47,322 nucleotides of DNA, from contig QPGO01000164.1 of the NCBI GenBank assembly GCA_008632985.1, forward strand, positions 124,001-171,322, in the 5' to 3' direction. The notes below the pieces were generated by a model that saw only the letters and a list, made by a program, of their open reading frames with translations, did not search any database and had not been told where the DNA came from. Positions 1 to 11,575 of the stretch are shown piece by piece; positions within the stretch are counted from its first letter, which is position 1, and every line of letters begins with the position of its first letter. The stretch comes from Psammoneis japonica (Eukaryota). The translations under genes were made by a program, and so were the position numbers.

Positions 1-585
1 TGTCGCGAAGCGCTTCTCAAAATGTCTTCCAATTGAACACAGCAAAATGTCTGCTGTTGGCAAAACAGAGTCACTGTGGGCAAAATAGATCCCCGTCCTT
101 TGCGTGCAATGACAGCGGCACGACAATGCAATGCACAACAACACCATGGCGAGCAATGCAAACACCATTCACTCATCCACCAGCTGGCATTTCCAGACAA
201 GATCAAAGCTGTTGGACAATGTTCATGTGCTTCATTCCTGGGTCAAGTTGGGTTTCTTCTCATTGCTTGTTGTCGTGTCACTGCTTGCTTTACAACGTCT
301 TGACCCACGCCATGTTTTTTGCTTTCTTCGCTTCTGCTCCATCGCGTGCGTGCCACAGCTTTTCCTGCAGGGTGTGGCCAGTTGCTCATCACATCAAACC
401 CAAATGTGCGCGACCAACTGGCCTTGCCCTGGCTAACTCATGCAGCACTGCACTCCCCCGCGCTGACCGCGCTGACCCCCGGCTGACCCAGGGCTGACAC
501 CGCGTGCAATCCCACAGCGCGCGGCACTGCACGTCAGCAGTGCGGAAAAAATGACCGTGCATTCCATGCAGACCACGAGCTCTGG

Positions 586-713
586 CGCCACCCGAGTGTG
601 TCACTCGAACTCTGACGTCCGCAAACACTGGAGCGAACCCCAAAGTTCCGCCACCCGAGTGCGTCACTCGAACTCTGACGTCCGCGAACACCGGAGCGAA
701 CCCCAAAGTTCCG
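586..713. repeat. 63-bp tandem duplication (2 copies)
   Basis: cgccacccgagtgYgtcactcgaactctgacgtccgcRaacacYggagcgaaccccaaagttc starts at 586 and 649; the three differences are all CG vs TG/CA. Confidence 0.9.
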
Positions 714-963
714 ACCATTTGCTCACCCGAATCGCTCGCTCTCTCCCCCTCCTCCTCCTCCTCCTCCACACACACACAAAGATGTGACCAACCAAATGCA
801 AACACCACATCGTGTCGCATCCGGACGACCTGCAATGACTGCTGTCAACATGCCCCACCCAACTTGACAAGCAAATCTCAAAGATGGTGGAGGTGAGTTG
901 TTGCCATGAACCGTGGCTTCCTTCCTCTTTGGAAACAGGAGGTTTGTTGTTTTGTCTTTGCTT

Positions 964-2708
964 CTCAGCTGTGCTGCTGCACGTGCGTGGCACACCACTG
1001 GTGGTTTTTGGTGTTGGTTTCCACTCAGCTGAGCCCCATTCTCCAGCTCAGCCCACCCACTCAGCTGAGCACAATGATCCCTCATCGGCTCAGCTGAGCC
1101 TTTTGTTGAATTTTTTCTCAGCTGAAGGATTTCACTCACCTGAGATTCTTTCTTCCTTTGTTTGCAGACCCATCTCCACCCCCACCAGGGCGAAGTTCTG
1201 CTGCTTTGGTGTCTCAGCAGAGGACTGCTGAGATTGCCAGTGCTGGGAGACGTGTTGCTGGAGCTCCTCCTCCTGGTGGTGCCTCCACAGCTGCAGCTGT
1301 TGGCGGCGGCAGTGCTGGTGCCAGCGCCGCTGGAGCCCGTGGCAAGGGCAAGCGCAAGGGTGCCAAGGGCCAGAGCCAGCCCAAGAGGCACACAAGGGTG
1401 CACACCAGGCTGCATCTGCCCATGCTTCTTCTGTGGAACCTGGCATCATTCCCTTGCCTCAGGGCGAAAAGGAGCTGTTGCAGCACCTCATTGCTTGCTG
1501 CAAGGAAATTATGGATCTGAAGGTTCCGCCCACTGTTGGGGAAGGCCTGATGCCCAGCAACCCCAAGGCTGCTCACAAAAGTTTTGCTGAAAATTTGGGT
1601 GCTGTTTTTGCCTTCAAGGCGGTGTTTGGATCTGGCCAGAAGGTCCCTGGCAAGGTTTTTGCCACCATGCATGGAACAAACTGTCTGCCTGACCACGTCA
1701 AGAGGCTTCGTTCTGAGGACACTGAGGCCAATTGTGAACATCTCTGTGCCAAGTGTTTCAATGTTTTAGACAAGCACTTTCCCCTGGGACACTCCATGGG
1801 TTTTGGGGCATGGTGGGGCCGACTTCAAGCCGCAATCAAGGAGGACAAATTTTGGGCCCCCGGTGTTCATGGCTGCAATGCACCTGGAAAGGGTTTGCTG
1901 TGTTGCGGATTCCTCATCATTCTTCTCAAGCACCAAGTGGTGAAGGACCGTCAGCACCAGTTGGAGCTGGTTGTAAAACTCTAGGTTGCAGTCTGTAAAA
2001 CCAGTTCATGAAAAACCGTCGTGTCAATGCACTGAAATCAGATCTGCGCAAGACTCCACAGCACTGCAATTTCATTGCTCATTGGCCAGATGGACCAGAA
2101 ACCCTTCCATCAGGTTGGCGTTGATGTCTTGGTGCCTGAGATCTTCAACACAAACGTTGGAGTGCCTGCAGTGCTTGAGGTTGTGACAGAAGTGTTTGAG
2201 AGCCTTCTTCTGCTTTTTCTCTCTCTCTCTTTGCTTCTTTCTGTTTTCACAATGAGGAGCAAGGACCAAGCTGGATGTGGAGGAGTTGGCAGGGACTGAA
2301 GCTGCTGCATCAGGTGGGTTGGCTGCTGCTGGGTGTGGGGCTTGGCCAACCAAAGTGGGGCGCACTGGCGTCTCATCCAAATGGAGGGTGAGACCTTGGT
2401 CATTCCATCTGGTGGCATCTTCCAAGCCTTCTCTCAACTGCTGTTCCTCTGCCTCCTTTTCAAGTCTCGCCAGGCCATGCTGCATGCCTTCATCCTTCTT
2501 TGGCCTGAAATGACATGAACAAACAACAACGTTGTCAGCTGAGTGCGGTGGATGACAGGGTGTCTCAGCTGAGCCACCACAATCTCAGCTGAGGGACATC
2601 AGATGAGACATTTCTCAGCTGAGATCTTCAAACCAGCTGAGAAAAACAAGCAACAACATTCTCAGCTGAGCATGTGAGATCCCAGTTGAGCACAAGGCAT
2701 CAGCTGAG
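964..2708. repeat. Two clusters of the palindrome CTCAGCTGAG (about 964-1143 and 2535-2708) flanking a degraded TA-depleted segment; possible subterminal repeats of a decayed element
   Basis: Perfect or near-perfect copies at about 964, 1024, 1060, 1089, 1117 and 2535, 2563, 2584, 2613, 2633, 2661, 2700. Confidence 0.55.
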
Positions 2709-4244
2709 AACAACAAACACAACCGCGTGCAGAATGTGACAAGACGGCAACAACACACCACACCACACCACACCCCAAAAAGCAAGCCACAAGAAGAGCA
2801 AGAGAAGCTCACACAAAAGGCAACAGAGCAAAATGGCAGAGCCTCCACAGAGGATCAAAGAATGAAAAAGGTGTTCCACAGAGCCAGCCTGGGTTGAGGG
2901 GTTGATTGATGATGGCCAAGGCCTTGTTGCGGCGCTGTTGTGTTTTGTGTTTTTTGGAGTGGGGCGAGTTGATTGGAAATGGCACAGCACCACACAAATT
3001 TAATGCGTGGCATTGCAACACATTCCATTGTGCGTGCTGCAGTGGATTGCACAGAATTGTGCTAAGACAATGACCTCCTGCCATTGGGTCAGCACACAGA
3101 GCCGTTGTGCACTTTGTGTGGGCTTGGTGTGTTTTTGTGTGGGAGGGCACTGTGTGCCCAACCATGGAGCTGCCCTCCAACCATGAGTTCTGACCTCCTG
3201 TGCCAACAGTGCCAGGTGCGCGCACGTAGAACAAAAACAAATGAAAAGAAATGACCTCCCTGTGAAGGTCAGTGCATGGCAGGGACAGCACTGCACCGCA
3301 ACGAACAGAAAACGGCAGCGCAGGTGATGATGGATTTTGTCCACGATCAATTTTTCATAACGCCCGAAGCCAAAATTGCCTGTCTTGCCATTTTCGCAAT
3401 GAACAAGAATGACTGTGGCACTGTCTGGAAGCGGACCTTCTCCAAGTTCAAGCAGCCTCATTTGACTCCTCGAAACCAACCACAATCATGAGTCCAACTC
3501 TTTGAGAAACGAGAGCCAAGAAATTTGTAGATCGCATCAGATTGCAATGGTCGGACTGCACCGAGGAGCAGCAAATCCAAGCAAAGAAAATTCAGTTGCC
3601 GGACTTCACATGGAGCCCAGCCAAAGGCAACACTGGGGAAAGTGCTGGTCGCCACATGACTGCTTTTGAGGTGGAGTGGGAGAACTTTGTTGGCAATCTT
3701 TCAGAGCCTCATTGCACGGCATTCTTGACATTCGAGCATGTCTTCTTCGACAAGGCAGCTGTGACAAATTACATGGCGATCCGAAAGCAGCTCAGTTGCC
3801 CTGTGCATGCACCAGGCGCTGAAAAAGAAGATGTGTTGCGACTTTGTCGTTGTGAAAATTGTGAGCTGGTTTAGAGCAGAGAAAATGGGATCGTGCGAAC
3901 AGGGAATCTTGCCAAATCCCTGTTCGTTCGCATTTGGATCACCATCAAATCGATCGTGCGTTTGCATTGTGGATCGTGCGAATCAAGCCATCATGCGCCA
4001 TGCACGAGTGATGTCATCGTGTGGAATCACGCTGCCATCGTGGGCCAGACGACGGGCTAGTGTGCTTCACACGGACGCTCTCTTGGCATCCTTCTGGAAT
4101 TGCCTAAGACCCAGAGCCACGCCCTCCTGTGGTCGTGCTTCCCAGGTGCGTGTTGACAACACTACGTTGCCATGCACAAGAGGCTTGTGCACGGTCTCGC
4201 CGTGTTGTCCAGTGGCGAGGCACACTGCACACTCCCCCATGATC

Positions 4245-4830
4245 AGGGCCGTCAAGTGACAGGATGTCTTGCTGGTGACAGGGTGCAATCTGCCGCAGAT
4301 TGCACGTGTCCATCAGCGCTCCATTCTGGACATGCAACGTGCCGTTGTCACACACACGGACAACTCTGGCGGGTCCTGCACAGCTGTCAGAACCGTGCTC
4401 AGAGGATTGTTCCTGTTTGACAAGTGCCAATTGCCCTGCGGTGCATTGATGCTCCTTGCGTTTCTGATTTTCACGCTTGTTGTTTGGGTGGACAAGCTTC
4501 TGCTTTCTGGTTTCTATGTGCTTCCACTTGGCACGATGGGCAACAGACAAAACCGCATCGCGTCCGAAGACCAATTGCGTGGGACTTGCACGCGTGGTCG
4601 CATGCACCGCAGCTCCAATGGCAAAGGCCACTGCGGAGAGGATGCCACTCCATGGGTCATCTTTGTCCAGTTCCACATCCTGCACTGAAAAGGAACGTGC
4701 CATGTTGCCAAGTGTCTGGCGCACACGTTCCACTGTGGCATTTGCCTGTGGATTCCGTTTGCTTGTGGGTTTCTTCAAAATCCCACAGTCATTTTTAATC
4801 ATCTGGCTAAATTCTGCCATAAATTCTGTG
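4245..4830 (-). pseudogene. Gypsy integrase core/C-terminal fragment
   Basis: EFMAEF...NPQANATVERVRQTLGNM...DPWSGILSAVAFAI...SPTQLVFGRD. Confidence 0.88.
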
Positions 4831-4835
4831 GCGTC

Positions 4836-5406
4836 ATGAACTTCTGCCATGCGTTCAGCACACCGCACTCGAACATGTCGCACAGTTCGTCATTGGGCAA
4901 TGGTGCCGGTGTTTCTCCATCCTCCGTCACGGGTGGAAACTGAGAGACACAGCCGTTAATTTCAACAGCCCTCGTGACGCAGTCACGAGGAGAAACCTCT
5001 GCGGGCTTGCGCATGAAGTGTCGCAGACAATGCTTCTGCAACAGTGCCGCCCCATGTGGGAAGATACTTTCCTTTAGCTTCGCGACGCATGCTGCATGCG
5101 CAGTGTTGGTTTGGGATGCCTGCTTGTCAGCGGCATTGTTAAATGACGTCAGAGCATCGCCCTGCAGTGGGTCACGCATGAGGGCAATTTCGCTGGCCCG
5201 GTCGTGATGTTTTGTCCTTCGTGCACGCGATCCACGTTGCGTAGAAAGATCAGGAGTGTCTCGCATGTAGCCGTGGAAAGGTGCGGAATGCCCATCTCGT
5301 GCGTTGGACTGTCCGGATCAGTGGGGTTGTTGCGTAGCTTGAACGTCTGGTGCTCGCCCTGCTGCAGCTCTTTCTTCTCCGGCCGTGCGACAATCCGCTT
5401 CTTCAT
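4836..5406 (-). pseudogene. Gypsy gag fragment (frameshifted)
   Basis: FKLRNNPTDPDSPTHEM...GQNITTGPAK...LQGDALTSF...RHFMRKP...LPNDELCDMFECGV resembles diatom Gypsy gag. Confidence 0.75.
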
Positions 5407-8400
5407 GGTCGTTTTAAGATTTGTGGTCCTGCCAACATTTCGCAGTTTCGTTTCTGTAGATTTCGTTACCTTGCACAACATGCGGGAGCAACATCACTGT
5501 GCCCTGTGCATGTGCTGGGCGCTGAAAAAGAAGATGTGTTACGACTTTGTCGTTGTGAAAATTATGAGCTAGTTTAGAGTAGAGAAAATGGGATCGTGCG
5601 AATGGGGAATCTTGCCAAATCCCCATTCATTCGCATTTGGATCGCATCAAATCGATCGTGCGTTCGCATTGTGGATCGTGCGAATCAAGCCATCACGCGC
5701 CATGCACGAGTGATGTCATCGTGTGGAATCACGCTGCCATCGTGGGCCAGACGACGGGCTAGTGTGCTTCACACGGACGCTCTCTTAGCATCCTTCTGGA
5801 ATTGCCTGAGACCTAGAGCCACGCCCTCCTGTGGTCGTGCTTCCCAGGTGCGTGTTGACAATGCCACGTTGCCACGTACAAGAGGCTCATGCACGGTCTC
5901 ACCGTGTTGTCCAGTGGCGAGGCATGCTGCACAGTGGCATCTGTTCCGCCCATGCCAGTGTCCTTTTTCAGCACTGTGTTGAGAGCTGTCATGAAGGTTC
6001 CCAGGAAGAGAACCACAAAATGCTTGACATTTCATCTTTCACTCTGAAGGATCTGCCAAAACCAATCCAGAAGCGATTCATTGCGGAGGGTGTCACCAGG
6101 TGCAATTCTTTGCAACTCGTCCAACTCTTTGCTGGGATGGAGGACGACCTGTGTTCAAAGCTCACACCGTGCAAAAAATCTGCAGACGCGGATGTTCGTT
6201 GCACTGATGTCAAAACACTTTTCAAAAGATGTGTCCAGCAAAACGAACCCGGTCTCATTTCCTGCTTTAGGGTTGGCGGCGAGTTTGCTGAGAATGCCAT
6301 CCTTGAAGGCCCCCTTGATGACGAGAGGTGCAAGCAAATTGTGTCAGAAAGAGGCGGCAAAGCAAACATCCATGCCATGATCCTAACCGGGGCTTGTCAT
6401 TCAGACAACGATGATCACCATTGGTTTCTACTTCAAAACACTCACCAGGGTGATTGTTTCAAGATCATTGATGGGGAACATTTGGCGCCATGCAATGCCA
6501 CTGTAAGTTTTGCTTTGTCTGTTGACATGTCATTGAAAGGCAACCTACAATGTCGTCATTGGCAAGCACTCCGAGGCGGCATTCGATGTGGAAGAGTGCG
6601 CAGCGAAGTTTGAGGCAGAAGGGCAAAGCAGAGCTTCTGAGGACATGCAGTGGGGCTGCTCATGTTACGTGTCCTGTTCACCCCAAATGACAAGTCTAAT
6701 TGCACGCCAATCACTCTCTGGTTCGGCTCATTTTCACGCCAATTGGCAGATTCTAGTGGATTTTGACCTTGTTCTGTGACAATTCTGTTGCTCTGGCAAA
6801 CAAGTGCCAGCCACCAGTGGCTTGCAGTTGTTCTTTTTAAGCCATTCCATCATTTTCATTGCACATTTTTACATGGCATCTGATTGTTCTGTGCAAAGAT
6901 GGGCTCATTGCTGGAGATTGCACCTCTTGGAATTTGATGCTTTTTTCCTTCCTTGCATGAACTCAACGTTGCTCTTGCACCCAGAACTCTCTTTGCACTT
7001 GTGAACAGGCTCCTTTCAATTCTTCTGCAAAGTCTTTCTCTGTTGTGCTTTGGTGTTGCTGTGTTTTGCATCACCCAACACAAAGTGCCTGTGATTTTGA
7101 TGTGGGTGATGGTCAATGACCAAGTTTTGCTCTTTTGCAATGGCACATTGCACAGCACCCCTGTCAATGCTCTGCCAATTTGACCATTCTGAAGATGAGC
7201 AGCAAGTTCAGAAAATGTCTGCCAGATGCCCTTGGGTTGGTCTGGAAGGTGCAGGAGAAGCTGCAGAACCACAGCAAGAACCACAACATGAGCACACAGG
7301 TCTTTGTGTTGTTTTTCTGAGAAATTTGATGCTTTCCATCTTTGTTGCAGCAACCGTGTGCTTTGACCTTATGCTCCATTGTGCTGCTGCAGGGCCTCTG
7401 GCAGGGATTGTGTGCAAGAGCCAAACCCATGAAAGCCATGCAAAAATTGCACCAGGCAATCTCCAGACTGCCCACTTGATGTTTTGCTTTGGGAGAAGGG
7501 GCGTCACCAGTCAGTGCAGCTGGCTGAACAAAATCTGCCTGTCAGTGCATTTTTTTTTGTGGTTTGCCAGCACATTTTTTGCACTGAGAAGCCATGAAGC
7601 CCATTCAGAATTTACCACAACTGGCAAAAACCCCAAATGCACTGATTGAATGAAGGCAATTGTGCCATCAACTTTGCTTGATGCGGGTTGTTTGTGAAAG
7701 TGGCTTGGAGCTCACACAACAGCTGCTCAGGCCCTCTTGGGTTCTTCCCAGGATCAAAGTCTGGGGCCATGAAGAAGTGCCAGTGGTTGGGCATCCTTGC
7801 CAGAACCCCAAGAAATCATTGACACTGAGCCAGTGGCCCTGCTTCTGGGTGTGCCAAAGAAGTTTATTGGAGAACCAGCAGCGGTGGAAGACCAGCAGCA
7901 CACATCTGCAGATGAGGAGCACAACAGAGAAAACAGAGATGTGTTGCCCCAAAATGAACTGCCACTGCTGCTCTTGAATGAATGGAGTGGGTGCTGATTT
8001 CATGCACTTCACAGCCTTGCTTTTCCTCTCCAGTTGCTGTTGCTGCAGCTCACATCTTTGACGACAAAGCCAATCATGCCTGCTTTTCAAAGTGCTGAGA
8101 GATGCAGAGACACTGTGTGCCAAGAGAATGTGGCAAACAACAAACAATGACCACCAAAGCCAACAAGAAAGCACCCAAACATCCCAGCAAATGCATGTGC
8201 TCATTGCATCTGGAATCATGATCATCATGCTGAGTGCCATGAGGAGGCTGTTGACCAATCAAGGAGGAGTTCATTTTCTCAATTTTGATGGACCCTGTTC
8301 TTTGGGCTTTGGCCTGAAAATGCAGAGCACCAGCAGGCTTGGGTGCACCTAAAAGCAAAAGATTCAAGCAAGTGGAAAGAGGACAAAGCACAGGCCAGCG

Positions 8401-8734
8401 CCAATGTGCTCCACAGCCTTCACACTTTGCACACACGGATGTGAGGGGAGGAGCATCACCATCAACTCAAAACTTGTTCTCTGCTTTTGGGTGTCATGGT
8501 GCAATCACTCATTGTGGCTGGCACAAGCTGCGTGAAGCCAGGCAAAGGCAGATGAGGCAGGTTGCTCTCAGCCACAATGACAAGGCAGCTTGCCACTGTT
8601 CCTGTGTTGATGGGGCAGTCTCAATGAATGCAAAACCTCTTCAATCTGACTGCGCATGCAGGAGACATCCTGGCTGGCCTGAAACAACAACAGCGGGAGT
8701 GCAACAAGCTGACAGTGCGTCTGCCACCTTGGAG

Positions 8735-9009
8735 CAATCTTGAAGGTGCAATGCACTGGTGCTGTGCACATGAACCATGATCCTCAATTGCGCACAGCAA
8801 CCAAAAGTGAGATGGAACCACTGCACACAGATTGTTTCAAATCACATCACAGCATCTCTTGCCACTCTCACAAAATCACCATCTGCAATCCAACAAAGCA
8901 CTCTCCAATTTCTCCAAAAATGGCCAAGCTCATTGTGTTTGCCCTGCTTTTTGCCGCTGTTGTCTTGTCGACCACCACGACCATCAAGGAGGACAATGTG
9001 GTGCATTCC
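8735..9009 (+). pseudogene. Degraded 5' fragment (upstream region plus signal-peptide start) of a secreted-protein gene; paralogous to 26396-26680
   Basis: Shared blocks aaccatgatcctcaat, tttcaaatcacatca, ctctcacaaaatcaccatctgcaa, gaggacaatgtggtgcattccc; ATG at 8920 reads MAKLIVFALLFAAVVLS. Confidence 0.6.
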
Positions 9010-9181
9010 CCCCTTCTTGCCCAGCAAGTCAGTGCAATCCAAAATGTCTCATCTAGAGTGCGGAATTGCTCAAGATTTTCTCAATGGTGTGCATTGCAAA
9101 TCATCTCCAGGAGCACACAGGCATGGCCCCAATGCAGGCGACAAGGGTCAAAACCAATTTGAACATGGAGAATCTGTGAAG

Positions 9182-11010
9182 CCAAGCGCACTTTCTTTGA
9201 ACAATTGATGGGCCCCATTTGTTGTGTTCATCCTTGGTGATCCACCTGCTGTCCTCAAAGTGGTCTGCATTGGAAAGGAGGATTGAGCCCCCAATCCACG
9301 CCAAATGCTTTTGCTCAGGAGGAGCAGTTGCACAGACTTTCACACTTTCTGGAGCAAGGGCCTCAATTTGTTCACTCGGCCTTTCTTCAATGCCTTCAAA
9401 CATGGTGTTTCCGCCAGCCAACACAATGTTGCCATGCACATCCTTCCAAATGTCAGAATCACACTTCACAATCAAATCATGCACCAATCTGTGAATCCCG
9501 CATTGCTCTGAACCTGTCAAATTGGGTTTGAACATAATTTCCAGTGCACGGAATCGTTCGTTGCCGACAGCAATGACTTGACCATCAGGCAGTTCACAGT
9601 TCTGATCTTGTTTGGATGCCTTTGTCATGTCTGCCTCAAAGTCTAGAGCCACGAAGCAGCATTTCTCCTTGATGTCACGGACAATCTCTTTTTCGGCCAA
9701 AGTTGTGAATGAGTGACCGCGCTCTGTCAGGATCTTTCGCAGACAGTCTGTGATGTCTTGTCCTGCAAGATCTGGCCTCAGCGCAGCATGAGGAAGCACA
9801 CAACCCTCACAAATTGGAACAACGTGGGCAACACCGCAGCCAGAATCGAGAACAATCCCGGTGGTTCTTCCAGTCACATGCAGACTGAGCACGGCTGTGA
9901 TTGACACATGGAGTTGTGGGGTGTTGAAGGTTTCAAACACGACTTGTGTCATCTTCTCCCTGTTTGCCTTCGGATTGAGAGGGGCTTCGGCAAGCAACAT
10001 GGGGTGTTCTTCAGGAGCTGCGTGGAGTTCGTTGCAGAACGTGTGGTGCCACATTTTTTTCCACATCGTCCCAATTGGTCACAATGCCATGTTCGACAGG
10101 ATGTTTGATGGTCAGCATGCCACGTTTTGCCTCGGCTTCATCACCAACAGACGCACTCCAGGTCCAGGGTGGGACCTCGTGCTGCTGAACTGTGACATTG
10201 ATGGTTTTTTTCATCGCGTCATGTGTCACGCACGCAGATTTCTACATGATTTTTGTGACATTTTGCATCATTTTACGGCGCCAATGGGAATCTTTCAAAA
10301 ATGATGTAAAAAGCACAAAACAATTGTGGATGCCTGCAGAATCCACATGTTTTTGTGCTGAAACTGACATGTTCACACGATTTGTGCAAAAACAGACTTG
10401 ACTGTTGTTGGGTCAGGCGTTTTTTTGCAAGTGCATTGAAGAAAAATGCACCTGATCAGAAAACAGTCAAGTCCATTTTTCGCAAAGTTAAAAATCACCA
10501 AGGACAGACAGACAGACTTTTCAATGATTGTCTTGGCACTGTTCCACACATTTCCACGCAAATGACTCTACAGCGTGAAAGATTGCCATTGCTTGTTGAG
10601 CGATCTGTCCAAAAACTTTTGACATTTTTTGTTGCAGCGCAGTTCTGTGATGTCTTAAGAATCTCGTGAGGCAGGCGCATTTGCAAAAACGTCGAGTGAC
10701 AAGAGGCACAATTGCAGCACAAACTTGGCCGTTTGTTTGATGTTGAAGACAAACATGTCCATCATCAGTTGGATTCTTGCACTGCGGAGCTGGCATGTAA
10801 AATTCTGCGGGCCCAATGTCACACGGAGTCCCGCCTGGGGCTGGAACGCGTCAACACAAGCACCCTTTTGTCCCACCCTCACAATCACGCCTGGGTGTTT
10901 GAGATGGCCTGCAATTGATGGAAAGACTGCTCTGGGAGCATCGTCACCAGCAAAGCCGGCCTTTGTGGAGCCTGAACCATTGTCCATCACAATTGCAGAT
11001 GTGTCACCAA
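9182..11010 (-). pseudogene. ACT: Divergent actin pseudogene, interrupted by a MITE, frameshifted, with Tyr replaced by Cys/His
   Basis: [27 protein letters not shown] at 10.9-11.0 kb; [82 protein letters not shown] at 10150-10852; frameshift near 10060; the codon at the expected stop position is TGG (9182-9184). Confidence 0.93.
10150..10852. mobile_element. MITE/non-autonomous TIR element (703 bp, hypermutated copy) inserted in actin
   Basis: Imperfect TIRs gacgcactccaggtccagggtgggac / gtcccgcctggggctggaacgcgtc; 4-bp TSD AACA at 10146-10149 and 10853-10856; inverted homologue of 32428-32817. Confidence 0.9.
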
Positions 11011-11218
11011 GCTTGCATCCCTCCCCAGTCTTGATTCTGTTGCGCACCTTTTCAAGAATGTTGGGAGAGCGATGGGTCGGCCATCGGCCAACTGGAGACC
11101 AGCCGCCCCATCTCGAGCTCACTTGTGCACCTGAAGGCCTGGGCACTTGAGGTTGGCATCTTGGAAGCATTCCCTTCCATTGTCTTCTTGAATGCCACCT
11201 TCCGGTGGTGTCGCAGCA

Positions 11219-11575
11219 TCAGCATTGTTCTTCCTTGCTGTGCAAAGGATCGTCGCACAACTCTGGGACGATGTCACCGGTCACACCCACGTTGTTGCAG
11301 CACTCACAAGCAATGCCATGATGCTTGTCATCTGTGCCACACAGAAAGGAAGGTGCCAAAACCATTGCACCCTTGTCACCCACAACCCCATCTGTTCCAC
11401 AGATGAAACACGGCTCATGTGCACCAAGATTGCAGGTGTTGGAAACGTCTCCTGCTCCTTCCGGAGGTGACATCTTGGTCATCTTGAACTCGTTGGAAGG
11501 AGTTTTGTCCCATGTGACAAACCCAATGGTTGCTGCAGAAAGCAATCCAAAAACAGCCAGAGCTGCACGCCCCAT
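11219..11575 (-). pseudogene. Relic of a secreted/membrane Cys-rich protein (hydrophobic N-terminus plus CxxCG motif), in frame with the actin pseudogene
   Basis: MGRAALAVFGLLSAATIGFVTW...CFICGTDGVVGD...CECC...LC..QC; TA-depleted. Confidence 0.4.

Larger units (their letters stand above)
3797..5931 (-). mobile_element. Internally deleted (non-autonomous) Ty3/Gypsy LTR retrotransposon
   Basis: LTRs 3797-4229 and 5500-5931 (TG...CA); 4-bp TSD CAGT at 3793-3796 and 5932-5935; PPT catgggggagtg on the minus strand at 4230-4241; gag joined directly to the integrase C-half with no RT/RNaseH. Confidence 0.92.
3276..6613 (+). pseudogene. Papain-like cysteine protease-family pseudogene split by a Gypsy insertion just upstream of the catalytic Cys
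   Basis: Removing 3797-5935 joins AIRKQLS to GICSAHASVLFQHCV (Q-x-x-G-x-C motif). Downstream HAMILTG...WFLLQNTH matches the papain His/Asn motifs. Frameshifts, a stop and loss of Tyr are present. Confidence 0.6.

Noticed and set aside
964..2708. CRISPR array
   Set aside because: The repeats are only 10 bp with irregular spacing, no cas genes are present, and the context is eukaryotic.
7668..8258. Possible degraded membrane-protein gene on the minus strand
   Set aside because: There is no recognisable motif, and it cannot be distinguished from a stop-erasure artefact without a search.
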